Both the position numbers and the translations under genes were made by a program. Below the pieces are notes generated by a model. The model worked only from the letters and a program-made list of their open reading frames with translations. It had not been told where the DNA came from and did not search any database. Below, piece by piece: positions 35,893 through 50,063 of a stretch of 64,000 bases of DNA. The DNA lies in assembly GCA_965113315.1 (NCBI GenBank), contig OZ220368.1. One strand, written 5' to 3'. The DNA is from Podarcis vaucheri (lineage: Eukaryota). Numbering within the stretch: the stretch's first letter is position 1; the number at the start of each line of letters is the position of its first letter.

Positions 35893-38448
35893 GTGAGTCT
35901 ATTATAGCAGAAATAATTGTCTGTATCTTGCAATCATAGGGTTGTTGTTGTCCTGATGATACTTTATTTCTTGTAAACAAAATTGTAATGATAGAAAGGC
36001 AGGCTTAACAGCAAGAAGTCCCTGTCGTTTCATGTATATGAATGCAATTTCAGGCATATTTTCTTGAGTGATGGCTTCTCGCTTTTTTCCCTACTTTAGG
36101 AGGTAAATTGCTTTCCACAGTAGACAGAAAGCAATGAACTTACATTGATGGAGCATGGGCATCCATTTTTTCTCTCTAATGGAATGGGAAAGCAAAAGTA
36201 GCTAGTCATCTCTGCTTGCATCCTCTTTCTGCCCCACTTATTCTAGCAGAAATGCAGAATCCAACTTCACTGTGTTTGCCCAGCCAGGTAAACTCAACTG
36301 GGCTAATAGGCTCTGCTTCCTATTGTTGGGAAAGAAAGCAAGGCAAGACCTGCTAGCTGTTATTCTGTGTTTAGAACAGAACCCACTACATTTCAGAGAC
36401 AAATCTGGACGGTCCAAAGTAACTACTAATCTCCATTTATGTAATGGGTAGAGAGACAGCCCAGTGTGGGGCCTTCAGAACAGAGAGATTCTGTTCTGCG
36501 CTGGGCATGCTTAACTGATTTTTCATGCTCCCAGAAGGGAGATGAAGGGAAACAGTGCCACTTCCATAGCAGAAGTCTGGTTACCCATCAAACAGTACAT
36601 CTTCCCCTTTTCTGAAAGTGCGAGAGAAGGCTGCAAAGCCAGCTGTCTTGCCTGAGCGTCTAGAGGCAATTCTTCCAACCATGAGAGTGGCTATTTACAA
36701 GCCTGGATTAATGTTCTTGAATCTAGTGGTGTTTAGGATGGAAACAGATAGCTTGCATGTCTTATAACATCTAGTTCCTTTCTCAGGATCAGGCTAGATC
36801 TGTAAGAGTTTTCCTATTGTTGTTCAAGCCAGTTGTTGTTGTTGTTTTTGTTACATATGAACAGTGGTTCAGTAAGTAATAGCCTGTTTGAGGGCCTGAA
36901 CTTGGCACATCAACCTGGCAGCTCTCAAATAAGTTTCCATTGTAAAGAAAAATGTATGGCATGATTACCTAGCACACACTAGTTTTTGTTAAGTGCATTT
37001 TAAATCACGGTTAATATATGTTCAGCACCTGAAATTTGAATCCAAGTGCACAATCTGATTTTCCAAGTAGCTAAGCAGGTATGCAAGAAACCATACGCCA
37101 CTTCTAAGATTTCTATCTTCAGCACTAGCTCAACATTTTCACTATGATCGTGAATAGATGTTGGCCAGCTCAGGTTAACAGAAAAGGACATCTCTTGGCT
37201 TATGAGATTTCAGCACATAGTGGCAATTTTGGCATATACTGAAGGGCTTATTGTCCAACTCAAATACAGTGAAGGCAACCTGATCAGACATAACCTAGTC
37301 CAATTTTAAAAAGAGAAAAACTCCAGAAATCCTTTATTTGGCCAGACCTTCTGGCTGTTGATCTAGAGATGTACCCAACCAAAAACCATGGATCAACAGG
37401 CTGTGGAAAAATGCACATCTGGATCTCAATTCAGCAGTTGCCCCGCCATTTTTAATGGTGGGTTAACCCCAAACATGCCAAGACTTAAGTTTTACTCAAG
37501 ATCCAAATCTCAGATTTTTTTCCCTTGAGTACTGAATCTTAGGCCAGTTTCAACACCATCAAAGCAGATATAGAATTACACAGTAAACGCCTGAAAACAG
37601 TAGAACTGCTCCTTTGGATAGCAACAACCCCGACATCTGAGCAAACAGATGAAATTGAGTTAAGGAAAAGCTGAATAGTCAGGAAATGCAGAGGAACGGA
37701 ATAATGTGGGGAATGTTTGTGTGTGAAAAGTGGGCAGGAGATGCCTAACACAGCCCAGTGTGGGAGTTATAGCAGGATACAGTAATGAGAAGGAAAACTA
37801 GAAAGCAAAAGAACTATTTTAAAGGAAGGGTTAGAAATGTCTGTACATTTAAAAAGAAGAACTACCATGTCAAAACTCTTGGCTCAATTGTATCTTGTGC
37901 TGATTTACTGAAAAGTCAGGTGTATATATACCAGTCCAGTCCAGTGAGCCATTGCTTGTTAACAATGCTGAGTACATAGCTTTACCAGAAGCAGAGCTGG
38001 GGCTGCTGGTATCTTCATCTACATACCAGTGCCCAGACTGCAATACTTTTATTGCTCAAGCAGGCTCCAGATTTGGAAACAAGCTGAAGGCATTTCCTTT
38101 TACTTGCTCCAAGCTTGCCTTTAGAGATTCAGTGGTGGGCTTACTGGAAAGATGGGGGTTCAAATCCCTACAAAGTCAGTGGTGATCTCGCACCAGTTAC
38201 TACGTCACAGCCTCACTTACTGCACAGGGTGTGAGGATAAAAGGGGAGAAACCACCTTGGAAGAACAGGGTGCAGATGGGTTAAACAGTAATCCCTGTAA
38301 GGGTGCCCTGATAATATGATTAGCTTTTCCCACCAGCAACGTTTCTTGATCCATATTTCTGACTCAAGGGGGCAAGTGAGGTGGAACTCCTCCCCAAACA
38401 GTTTTGATAGAATGACAAATTTTCTACTCTTTTCTTTCTTTGTCAAAG

Positions 38449-38589
38449 ATTGTTATCCATGTGCCGTCACCAATTGAGGCCAGTGGTTGGGCGGTTGACT
38501 ATGAAGACATGGAATCAGGGGATAATGGGTTCCCTGGGGACACTGATGAAACAGACGTCGTCATTTCCAGCAGGACTGAAATTGTTCGG
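38449..38589 (+). CDS. TGFBR3: TGFBR3 coding exon (exon 11 equivalent), glycosaminoglycan-attachment segment
   Basis: tttgtcaaag|ATT ... CGG|gtatgt; 141 nt; IVIHVPSPIEASGWAVDYEDMESGDNGFPGDTDETDVVISSRTEIVR, with both SG dipeptides. Confidence 0.95.
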
Positions 38590-39596
38590 GTATGTAACAA
38601 TTATCCACAGTCTGGCTGCATAAAGAAAATTTGGAACAGGGACGAAACTCACTATGATCTTGACTTCCAGAGTGTGGAGAAAATTGTCCTGGTGGTGCAC
38701 AGGCAGTTGTGAGCTGAGACAAAAACTTCTCCTGATGCTTATGCAGTATATGCCTTCATGTACCCCCCCCCCAAAAAAAAAAATACCAGAGAAGCGCAGG
38801 AGCCAGAGGAAGCAAGCCCTTTTGCTTCCTTTTCAAAGCAGCTCTAGAGGCTTTCTGTCCATGCCCTTCTTGCATGGTGAGCAGTAACAACTACCCCATG
38901 ATTTTATCATTTTTAATCCTTTATAAGCCTTTTGTCCTCTTCATTGTGTGCCCTAAGAACCTCAAAGCATGCCATGAGCCCATATTGATTTAGTCCTCCT
39001 TTCTGTCCCCCTTCCCTGCAAAAAAAGCTGTCCATTGTTGGGCTCTGGAGGAAAGTGAGGACTCTTAAAGTTTCTGCTTTGTTCTGTGTATGTATAGGCT
39101 AGATGGGGTGATTTTCTTTTATCATGAAAGTCAGAAATAGCCATGTTAGATTGCTGTAGAGGAGTGTGTGGGGTTTTTTTTTTTTGGGGGGGGGTATCAT
39201 TGCAGTATCATTTGCACAGGCAAATTAGAGAGCCAAACAAAACAGGAGGAAGGAATCACTTCTGAATCAAGCACTGGAGGAATAGTTGGGCCTTGGCAAA
39301 AACTTTGATTTTTCTATTTTTGTGAACCACTATTTATTTCCAAATATTGAAATAAACACTTCTATAGACTGGTCTATATCCTTTTATGTCAGTGTGCTGC
39401 AGCCGATGATTGTATGTATTGGCAAAACACTATGGGTGTAATTCAGTGTCGGGCTCCTCCAGTTGTTCTGTCTGCGCGAGCATTGCAGCTTGCCTGGTGG
39501 AACAATCCCACTTCTCCTCCCCCAACCCCATAGAGCCCATTCCATGGGGTGCACAGGGAAAGGAGAGGAGGAATGCCCCATTGCACAAGCAGAAGA

Positions 39597-39740
39597 CATA
39601 GAATGGTAGATCAGAGTTGGAAGGACCTTGAGGATCCTCTAGTTCAGCCCCTTCAGTGTAGGAAAATGCAGCTGTCCCTTATGGGGATCAAACCTGTGAC
39701 CTTGGTGTTATCAGCACCATGCTCTATCTAACTGAGCTAT
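39597..39740 (-). mobile_element. tRNA-derived SINE with CR1-like tail
   Basis: Reverse complement of the SINE halves flanking the solo LTR; ends ...aactgagctat. Confidence 0.7.
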
Positions 39741-39859
39741 TTGAAGTCCCTACGCAAGATTCACTGATGATGAATCCCTCTGTCCCTATGACTGCCCCAC
39801 AGCCACAACGTTATTTCTCCTCTCTGCATCCTTAATTTGTTTTGTTTTGCTTGCTTTAG

Positions 39860-40030
39860 TTCAACTGCACATTCCATCAGCTGAAAGCTCCTAAATCTCC
39901 TAAGTACTATTCACCTGAATCGCGCATCGGCAACGTCACCTTCGGCATGGAACTTTACGAAACAGGCCTCTTCCGTACCCCAACCCAAGGGTTCTTCTCC
40001 GTTGCAGAGAACGGCCAGATTTTTGTTGAG
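39860..40030 (+). CDS. TGFBR3: TGFBR3 coding exon (exon 12 equivalent), ZP-N/ZP-C junction
   Basis: ttgctttag|TTC ... GAG|gtaatg; 171 nt; FNCTFHQLKAPKSPKYYSPESRIGNVTFGMELYETGLFRTPTQGFFSVAENGQIFVE (read manually). Confidence 0.94.
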
Positions 40031-40804
40031 GTAATGAACTGTGACAGAAATGGAAATCCATGAAATGTTCTCCGAGAACATGGGAGCTCGGCTAAGTCTG
40101 TTCTTGCCTGCCCTGAGCTGCAACTGCGCTGTCGCCTCAGGCAGACGGATGTATTCTCTTGCGGTTTCTGAAAAGGGAAATTGTAGAGATCATGAGAGAG
40201 AGGGAGAGAGGGAGAGAGAGAGAATGCTTTTTGTAGCTGAGACCAAAGACTCCTCTCAGCGTGGGCAAACTCAATGCAAATACATGTGTCACCCTCGTCG
40301 AAACCTCTGTGAAAGAGCAGCCATTGAAGACCGTTGGCTCTTTGGCAAAGCACAATCAAAACATTTTTCTAACATTAGTACAAAGAGCCATTGGCAAAGC
40401 ATAAGAATCCATTTTGTTTAGCAATGTTTAGAATTCCACCTGCAAGAGAGCGATATTATCTGTCCCAAACCTTAGGCGAAGCTGGATTGAGATCCAGATA
40501 TTTATAATGCTGCCCTTCCCCCAATGAGTTCCCTGTTGCTTCCCACACCCTTGTATCCTCATATCAACCCTGGGAGATGGATTAGGCCAAGAGTGAGAGG
40601 GACTGGGCTTTGCGGATGCAACCAACCCTAGTTTGGTTCTAACCATTACACCACACTGACTCTTGTGCTGTTGGAAAGTTCACACAGCTGCACTGAGCTA
40701 GAGAGACGACAGGTACAAGGCAATATACCAGATCTGGCTCCGCCCACTATGGATTTGGGCATGGAAGTACTTAACCAAGTATATGTCCTGCTCTTACTAC
40801 TGTA

Positions 40805-41139
40805 AAGGTAAAGGGACCCCTGACCATTAGGTCCAGTCGTGGCTGACTCTGGGGTTGTGGCGCTCATCTCGCTTTATTGGCCGAGGGAACTGGCGTACAG
40901 CTTCCCGGTCATGTGGCCAGCATGACTGAGCCGCTTCTGGCGCACAGAAACGCCGTTTACCTTCCTGCCGGAGCGGTACCTATTTATCTACTTGCACTTG
41001 ATATGCTTTCGAACTGCTAGGTTGGCAGGAGCAGGGACCGAGACGGGAGCTCACCCCGTTGCAGGGATTCAAACCGCCGACCTTCTGATCGGCAAGTCCT
41101 AGGCTCCGTGGTTTAACCCACAGCACCACCTGCGTCCCT
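40805..41139 (-). mobile_element. Sauria SINE, near full length
   Basis: aaggtaaagggacccctgacc...ggtcatgtggccagcatgac...ggtacctatttatctacttgc...gcgtccc; exact 13-bp TSD TCTTACTACTGTA at 40792-40804 and 41140-41152. Confidence 0.9.
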
Positions 41140-41818
41140 TCTTACTACTGTACTTCCTTAAAAACTGGAATGGGACAAGTGTGCACGTGGAACAAATGTT
41201 TGCACTGCTGTGGTCTTGACTCGCACTGGCTTAGTGATGTGCTCCCTGAATATCTGGTGTCTCCTTCATTTCCCATGTCTGACTGAACATCCCTACCCAG
41301 TCACACTACTTTTTTTAGTGCTCTCTCTCCTCTCTCCTCTCTTTCTCATTAGAAAATAGACAGAAAAGACTCCAGGGAGTCGCTGAATGATGGGATTTTT
41401 ATGAATATGACTGCAGGGGGGGGGGGACAGACACTGCTAGGATACAGTTTTGGATTTTAGAGCTCAGAAAGAAATGGTGGAAGGGCTCTGCCTCCCTTGC
41501 AGTTGTGACCATCCTCCCATGATGGCCCCAGGGATACTCTCCCAGGCAGGCCCATGAAGTGGGGTTGGGCAGCTGGGGACACTTGCCCCGGGCCTCAGAG
41601 GGATAAGTTGGCGGCCCTGCTGGGGGCCTGCCAGACTTACACTGTCATGTTTGAGTTTACAGCTTTATTCTAACAAGACTCTTGCCCCGGGGCTCAGACC
41701 AGCTCCACACACAATTGTGACCCTTATTGGAAATCCCTTTAAATGCCATTAAATCCAATAGAAGGAAAATATTCACAGGAAGGACCGCTCCCACTTTTAT
41801 GTTTGGGTGCACTTTTAA

Positions 41819-41881
41819 CTTACTATTACTACTACTACTACTATTACGATTATTATTATTACTACTACTACTACTACTATT
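41819..41881. repeat. (TAC/TAT)n trinucleotide microsatellite, probably the tail of an adjacent - strand retroposon
   Basis: Read directly; explains the poly-Tyr/poly-Leu chance ORFs. Confidence 0.9.
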
Positions 41882-44800
41882 TGTATACTGCCCTATACCC
41901 ACAGGTCTCATGGAGGTTCACAGGATAAAATCACAACCTAAAAGCATGAAATACACAATCAAAATAAAAATGTAAACAGCCCAATAAACAACCCATTTAC
42001 CTACTTGAATTGTTTCCTCAGCTTCCAGCTATACAAATGAGTTCCTTTGCCATTTGTGTATTGCGCCCCTCTCCCCCCACCCCCGCTGTGGCATTTGCAG
42101 AGTTGTGTAATGCTGCTCTGGTACACCTCAGCCACCACTGTCTCCAGGCCTGAGATCAGGAGCGTGTACCGCTGTGTCATGCAACTAGCAATACTTTTGT
42201 GGGAGCAGTTGGAACGGCCCCTGGGGAGGAGCTGCATATTGGATGCCCTCTTCCCTGTCGCAGGAGCTCTAGTCCATCTTGCCATCAGCACCAACAATTT
42301 GTTGCATGGCAAATGGGATCTGCGTTCTCCCAGGCTTTGAATACGCTTGAATTTTGCTGGGACTCAGCTTCCGGCTCTGGCACAAAGAGTAGTGCCAGCG
42401 CAATGGAGAATTTGTGTGGATTGTGCCCTAGGTCACAAAACTGAAGCAGAACTGAAACAAACTTCGGATGGGCCGGGTGTTTTTTAAACAGTTTGTTTTT
42501 ACACTACTAAAAACGGTAATTTCTTTTGTCATTATTGGATGAATCCCACTGACTCCAGATCTCCACTTGGCCCAACTGTTAGTTCGTTGGACAGATGTTC
42601 TAATTTTTTCATCACCTGTTCTGGCACAAGCTCTGTTTTCGTCTTTCTACACAGTGGAAAATTTATATCTGTGTCTGACATCTGTTCCCCATCCCACAGT
42701 GACAGAAATTATTTTTTTGTTTTGTTTTCAAAATGCTAGTCTCTACAGTCAATAAATTGTCCATGATATAATCTGCAAGAACTCGCTGTTTCTTTCCTCT
42801 GCACAAACACTTTGAACAGATTGGGTTTCTTTATTTACACGCAGTGCACCTCTGCTTCACTATCCCTGGCATAATGGCCTTTAATATGTGCTTTCGTCGG
42901 TTTCTTTCATTTTGAGAAAATTTGATTATTTAAATTTATAACCTGAATTGTCACAAGGGCAAAGTATTCGTAATAGCAATTTTATGTACAGTTCCTCTCA
43001 CTGATGGGCCTAACATCTGTATGAGACAGAGTAGAAAGTTTGGGGCCAAAGTAAAAATTTAAAAGTTAAGTCAAATAATATGGAAGTAGGCCATTGGCAG
43101 TTGCCATTTTTTTTTAAGGACAGTAGTTTTGCCCCTTTAATAGCTGTATGAAGGCAAAAATCCACAGAGTGCACACCCCATATTTGCCTTTCAACGAGAG
43201 ACCGTTCCAAGTAGAGGTATAATAGTTCCCCATTGTAGTGTGGTACTCCAAGTAACTCTCAAACACAGAGGCAGCCAATGTGTTCCCCTCCAGAAGATGT
43301 TGGACTACAGCTCCCATCAGCCCCAGCCAGCATGGCCAAGGACCAGGGATGATGGGAGCTGTGGTCCAACAACATCCAGAAGGCCCCTTATTAGCTATAC
43401 CTGCTATTTCAAATGGGTCGATAGCATGCAGTCTTCAGGCTCTTGTTTGCCCCTATAAGAATACCGCGAGTTATAATAATAATAAACAACTCACCATAAG
43501 TTTCTAACTCTTATTGTTGCAGAGAAGTGCTTAAAGAAAACAAGGAAGCAAGTAAATATAGGCTAAAACCTGTTAAGTGTTATGCACTGCCATCCTAAGC
43601 AACTTTACTCAAATAAGTGCCGCTGTGCTCAATAAGGCACACTTACTCCCTAGTTAGTGTGTTTAGGATTGCAGCCAAAAGCTGTCATAATTTCTAAATC
43701 CTATGTCTCAAGTTTCCTTGAGGATGAAGTGGGTTTTCTCTTCAGTTTTCCAAAGTAATGTTTTTTATTATTTTTTTTGAAAAACTGCCATTTTTTGAAA
43801 CAATAGTTGGGCATCTCATGTGGCATGCCAAATACCCATGCCAACTAGTTATCCTTAGCAGCAACCATCTGTCTTGTATTCTGATTCCAACATAGAGCTT
43901 AAGGCTGATTAAAGTGCCCTTTCCTCTAGGTGCTCTTCCCTGGATGTCTAGTATATGAAGGTAATTCCATATTCAGAGCACATCTGGCCCCATAATTACA
44001 ATGGTATGGTTTCACTGTTGGGTGTAGCTCCAATACAACTGCCATTCCTCAGGCAGTGTTTGGGTATTTGGGGTGGTATGGAATCAGTTGTCAAGGCACA
44101 GTCGCTACATTAGCACATCACACGAAGCCATGCTTGTTTTAACCATGGTTTGTTAGACAACCTAGGATAAGTCTATCTGACAGACAAAATGACCGTAGCT
44201 TGTTTTGCCTACGTTTGGTTTTGTTATGTTTCTTGCCTTGCACCTCCCTAGTCATGTGAGCCTCTGGAAAGGGCCTCCAAAACAAACCAGGATTAAGCGA
44301 AGTTCTGACATTACATGAAGCCATGGTTAATGTAAGCCAAAATCCATAACCAATCTTCAGGCTCTGGTGTGCCGAACACAAACAAGCCATAGTTGGCTGC
44401 AGTGGGTTTAGATATACAGATAAACCAAAATGAAGCTAAACAAGCCATGGCTTAGGGTTATGTGTTAACCAGGCCAGTGCAAGGTTAGTGTGTGTCAAAC
44501 ACACCTAGCCTAATCTCTGCTTTTTATATATTGCTACAATCCCTTTTATTGGACTCCTAGCATAAATAAGTTTGATTGCATTGTGCTATTCAAATGTGTT
44601 TACAGACACCTTGATTTAGAAAGGTTGTTAGTGCTAAGAAACCATTTCAAATGCAACAACTTTTTCACCGTGCTTCCGCATTCTGCTATTTATAAAGTGG
44701 AGATTAGGCAAAGGTGGAAATATTTTCACTGGAATTTCCAGGTAGGTCCAAGGAACCAAATGCCTATAAGCCAAGGCTAGCAAGCTCTGATTTACTTTTC

Positions 44801-44905
44801 TACTGTTATCACACCTGCACTGCAAAGCATTAAAAATGTTGATATTTCTAAGAAAAAGCCAAATGTAACATATTAATTACAAATTCTGTTTTCTTCCTGC
44901 TGCAG

Positions 44906-45202
44906 ATTTCTGTGACCAAGGCTGAAAAATCCCTGAGCTTTGCAATCCAAACCTGCTTTATTTCCCCACATTCATACCCTGATAAGATGTCGGAGTACAC
45001 CATTATTGAAAACATTTGTCCTAAAGATGAATCCGTAACATTCTACAACACCCCAGCTAATTTTCCAATGCAAAATGCACAAATGGACAGAAAGCGGTTT
45101 AGCTTTATGTTTAGGTCCGTATTCAACACTTCGCTTCTCTTTCTTCATTGTGAGGTGACTTTGTGCACAAAGAAAGAAAAATATACTCAAGAGCTGGCCA
45201 AG
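44906..45202 (+). CDS. TGFBR3: TGFBR3 coding exon (exon 13 equivalent), ZP-C
   Basis: cctgctgcag|ATT ... AAG|gtcagt; 297 nt; ISVTKAEKSLSFAIQTCFISPHSYPDKMSEYTIIENICPKDESV...FNTSLLFLHCEVTLCTKKEKYTQELAK. Confidence 0.96.
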
Positions 45203-45397
45203 GTCAGTATTTGATAAATTTCCTTAAGATTTAGACCACTCAGCTTGCATTTAACATGGAAGACTGTGGCCATGTTGGGCCTAAACTGAAAGACACAAAT
45301 GTAGGTTAAAGACTTCTAGGGTTGATCCAACAGCTATAGACTAGTACCTATATGATTGAGGTATAGCACGGAGGGATCGCTAAGAAAACCAATTAAG

Positions 45398-45613
45398 TAG
45401 GGTTGCTATGTTCCCCAAAATGAGAAAATCAGGACAAAGTTGTTGAGGTTTTTTGTTTGTTTGTTTGTTTGTTTGTTTGTTTGGTCAAAGTTGTTGACCC
45501 CTGGTTGCCATACATCTGGATTTTGCCAATTCTGCAGAAATATGCCTGGATGCCATTTTTGCAGCCCTATTCCCAGATGTGTCGGGGGGAAACCCAGACG
45601 TATGGCAGCCCTA
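45398..45613. mobile_element. hAT-type MITE with internal (GTTT)n
   Basis: TAGGGTTGCTATG...TATGGCAGCCCTA flanked by AATTAAG on both sides. Confidence 0.7.
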
Positions 45614-47403
45614 AATTAAGATGAGTACAGTAGTAAAGCAAGGCTCAGGTTTACTTCTTCAGAGGGGTGAGGAAGTGGTAACTGCCCAGTCTTATAATCT
45701 GACAGAATCAGCTGCTGTAAAAACGGTGACAGCATTGGTCGCCATCTAGATATGACACATCTGCTTTGCATCAGGGTGTGGCATGTCATGCCAGGACACA
45801 GAAGCTAAGCATTGGTTTATTTAAGGGAAATCAGTTAACAGTTACACAAGGAAAGGCAAATGTAATGATATAGCTTGCTTGCAAAATTATTTTGCTTGCT
45901 TGCAGAAATTATTGCCCCATTATTGGCCCACATAACACTAAGCCAGCCTGTGGCTTGGTGTGAACAAACAAATGCAAGGGTTTCCAGAGTGAAGATTGTG
46001 GCAGAGCCATGGTTTGACTGAGCGTTACATGCTCACCTGGTCACCGAAAGAGAAATTGGCGAAAGTATTCCTTTTTGGACCGTTTTTACAGCAGCTTTTC
46101 ATTTTAGTCATGTTGGCAAATAAAGTTTTTTGTTTAAGAAGCTAAGCTTTCCAGAATAATCACGTGAAGTTATATTTCTGGGATCTCAGGCTGTTAAAAC
46201 ATAGAGGTGTGACTTCATATGATGGGAATTTAGTTTCCTGAAGGCATTTTGGCTGACACAGACGACTGCTTAAGGGGAAATGTCACCTCTGCAGCAAATC
46301 TTTACATTGGAATTGTGGCTGCCAGGAACCCTTTGGCCCCCTCGCGTAACAATAGGTTGCTGTTGTTGCTATAGAATATTTTCCTTTTTCTAAATGCTGC
46401 ATATACATGTGGAATAGGACCATATTATTTTATCCCTATACTAAAGATAAAGAGCTGAAGCTGTGAGTTAGTTGCGTGCCTATGTTTGACCAGTAAATTC
46501 GAACTGAGCACTTGCAAGCTCACAGCTCATTCTCCTAACCAATGTTCTAGCTCTCCATAAAATATGGTGACTGAAGCTTTTGTGCCTAAAGTGTCACAAG
46601 TACACGTAAGTATGTATTCTAGATATAAATGTAAGCATGTCCCTCCACCGCAGCAACCCCAAAATAATGTAGCAGTCAACCATATATAAATATTAATACA
46701 TTTATGAATGATTGCAATTAGCAGCATTGGGAGAGTATTTATTGAGTTTTTCCCTGTGAGAACTGCTGTGGCTCTTGACAGCACGATGAGCGTTTTCTAC
46801 TAAATGGTTACAGGTGATAAACAGAATTTGCTTTCCACTACAGGAGTCGTCCAGATATATTAAATGCTCATGGCATTAGCTGTAAACAATGCATTAGCAT
46901 TAATTTTCCAGATCCTGCTGGGATATAATAACACTATTGTTTTTGAAATTCCATGTGTGAATTATTAGGTTGACCTGCCTTATGAGGATTTTGAAGGGAA
47001 ATAGATGAGTGTTTTGACTTGTTTTCTGCATTCCTTTTATTGCTTATCCTGCATTTACATAGAAAATTCATTGCTATGGAAGTATTCAGCATATCTGTGT
47101 GGAGAAGGGATTTTTTTTCCTGAGGAGGAAAGCTTTTCATTTGTTTTAAGTGGATAAGATCACCCTTTCTCAAATAAGTATACTTGGATATCAATCTTCT
47201 CTGGTTGTGTCATTTGGTAGAATTTGTCATAGGAGTGGGACCCTGACATTGTGAGTTTCTCTGCCCTTAAGTAACATCAGTAGCTTTAGCTGGCAGAGAT
47301 TTGGGGGGGGGGGCGCGTAAAATATCCCTGCCCTGACTTGCATAGTAAACTGTGCAAAAACAAGATGCTGCAAGGAAGCAGGGGACAGAACACTTTCTAA
47401 GAT

Positions 47404-47766
47404 AAGGTCAGGGTCAAGGACCCCTGGACAGTTAAGTCCAGTCAAAGGCAACTATGGGGTGCGGCACTCATCTCGCTTTCAGGCTGAGGGAGCCGGCGTT
47501 TGTCCGCAGCTTTCCGGGTCATGTGGCCAGCATGACTAAACCGCTTCTGGCGCAACGGGATACTGTGACAAGTGCCAGAGTGCAAGGAAACACTTTCCGC
47601 CACAGCGGTACCTATTTATCTGCTTGCATTGGTGTGCTTTCGAACTGCTGGGTTGGCTGGGAAAGAGCAACGGGAGCTCACCCCATTGCACGGATTCAAA
47701 CTGCCGACTTTCCAATCGGCAAGCCCAAGAGGTTCAGTGGTTTAGACCACAGCACCACCACATCCC
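47404..47766 (-). mobile_element. Sauria SINE, older copy
   Basis: Same core as 40805-41139; degenerate TSD cagaacactttcta / cagaatgctttcta. Confidence 0.85.
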
Positions 47767-48136
47767 AGAATGCTTTCTACAGCATTGCTAAAGCAACATC
47801 TGGACCAGTTTCTTAATTGGGCACAGAAAAAGCTACACCAGTAGCCCTATCACAAGATTGCATTGCATGGAGGAGAACCTTGGCAACCTCGATGACTGAT
47901 GGGTCTTCTAAATAATCTAAATATTGAGGCAGTGTTTACATCTTGAAATGCAGCTGCTGGTGCTTCCTTGGAGTATGATTGCCGTGACTTGGGGTTGTGA
48001 TAATACTTTGTTGACTATTCCTTAAACATCTCTGACTGCTGCTGATAGCGAAGCAGCTGTGCGCCTATTCTGATAATGTAGCAGTTTCAAGTGAGTCCCT
48101 GATCTCACAAGCCACATGTTCTCTTCATCCCTCTAG

Positions 48137-48257
48137 TGCATCCCTCCTGATGAAGCCTGCAGCTTTCTTAGTGTTGATATGATCCTAGCAATGATGCAGA
48201 ATAAGAAAACCTTCACCAAACCCCTTGCTGTGATATCTCATAAAGAGAAGCCAGAAG
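48137..48257 (+). CDS. TGFBR3: TGFBR3 coding exon (exon 14 equivalent), end of ZP-C
   Basis: ccctctag|TGC ... GAAG|gtactg; 121 nt; CIPPDEACSFLSVDMILAMMQNKKTFTKPLAVISHKEKPE. Confidence 0.95.
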
Positions 48258-49885
48258 GTACTGAATACATTTTGAATCTATTAACAAAAGTGCATTTCAT
48301 TAGACAATATGTTAATACTTGATTTAATGTTTTTCCCCTCTTTTTTTTAAAAAAAGGCTCCAGGCACATAGAGTTTTGTTACATGGCGTTATTGTTCCCA
48401 GGCTACAGGGCGCCATCATCTTTGAGCGCTAACATTTGCTTGCTCTTTTATCTCCCATACATATTTATGAAAATACAGTTTGGCTGGGAAAGAAACGCAT
48501 TTCTGATGCTTTAGAACAATATGGGATTTGTAAACATTAAATAATTCTGTGCAATTGCTTCCAGCAGTTCATTATTGCTGAGGCCCCTAAAACTTGTATG
48601 TAAATATTTATTTAGGCATCATAATTACATTGAAACTTCTAATGTATTAAAAATATTAAAGGATGGTACAGTATATTTTTGGTAATATACTGGTACAGTA
48701 TATTGTTGTAAAGCAGGCAGCCACAGGGAGCATGGCTTCACCAGCCAGAGCCTAGACAGTTTCCACATTTTTTCTCCCTATAGGAAAATGAGCTGCTTTT
48801 GAAACGAGCTGGGGACTTTCAAAAGCAATTTTGTGTGATGCAGGGTGTGATTCAAATAAAATAATTTAAAAGATATTCAGCCTTTGAGCCCTTCTAAATA
48901 GTTATTTGGATCCTGTCCACTGTGTGCAAGTGGGGGCTATTACAGTGGGCAAGTAGTTTATCGTCTTGGATGTGTGTTTCCCCTGCACACACTTTTCCCA
49001 CAAGCCAAGTGCCGTTTATGTGTAAGACCTCAGCCTGTTTGGAGTTGCGGAAGGTAAGTATTGGGATAATGCATTTTAAATGTTCTGATTGTCCTTTGTG
49101 GTTGGTGTGGCCTCAAAGGGAAAAATAACTGTTATGTCAAATTGTTCACCAGTGGACTCATGCTTCAGGGCCTTTCTTCAATTTTTATTTTTATTTTTTA
49201 TTAATTTTTTGCCATAATTGACCATCTGTGGGTTGTTCAGGGAATAATTTGTCCTGCTTTGTATGTTAGAATGTCTATATCCTCCACCTGCTTGTCCTAA
49301 AATGGTCCCATTGCAGGGCAGGAGTGTGGGACTTGCTGTCATGACCTCCAGGACTGAGGCCAATTTTCTGTACCACCAATTTTGATAATTTAAGTTAATC
49401 CTTTTGTTCCATTCACTTGAAAGGCACTTTGGTGATGTCACTCAGAACTTAGATTCCAACTGGGTCTGTTGCCTGATTAAAGGAAACTTACCAACTTTGC
49501 TGATTTAGTTGATTAGTCAGTCAGTTAAATCTGCACACATTTGCATATGAATAATGCCATATTTTCCTGGAAGTCCCATTTGTTTCATTCTAAAGAAGGA
49601 GGGGAACATAGCACTGTGAAATATAGCACCGAAACTCTGTCCACAGATACATCTTACTTATTCTAAGCATAGTTGAATTGTTACTTCAAGATCCCATTCT
49701 TTTACCACTGCTTTGTCCCAAACATAAAATGGTCTGGAAAGAAGGCAGTGCATTCCTGCAATTGGAGGAAAATTGTGACTTGTCATCACCTTGGCCTGAA
49801 AGCTATGGAAAAACTACTTTGCCACCTGTCAGTTTCATTAACTCTTAGTGGGATCGATACCAATATGTCCTTTATGAAACAGAAT

Positions 49886-50063
49886 ATCATTTTTACTCGA
49901 ATGCAGTGCACCTTTTTTGGCCAAATTGCTCCACCAAAATTAGGGTGCGCATTAGATTTGATGGCGCATTTACATACGCCAGCAAATACTTTTTTGGTTT
50001 CAAGGTTTTGAAAACGGAGGTGCGCATTTGATTTGATGGCATGCTAGATTTGCGTAAATACGC
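49886..50063. mobile_element. Degraded pogo/Tc2-like MITE
   Basis: tttactcgaatg...tagatttgcgtaaatacg imperfect TIRs; repeated ggtgcgcatt(a/t)gatttgatggc. Confidence 0.5.

Noticed and set aside
41657-41975. Poly-Tyr / poly-Leu / poly-Ser ORFs
   Set aside because: Translation of a TAC/TAT microsatellite
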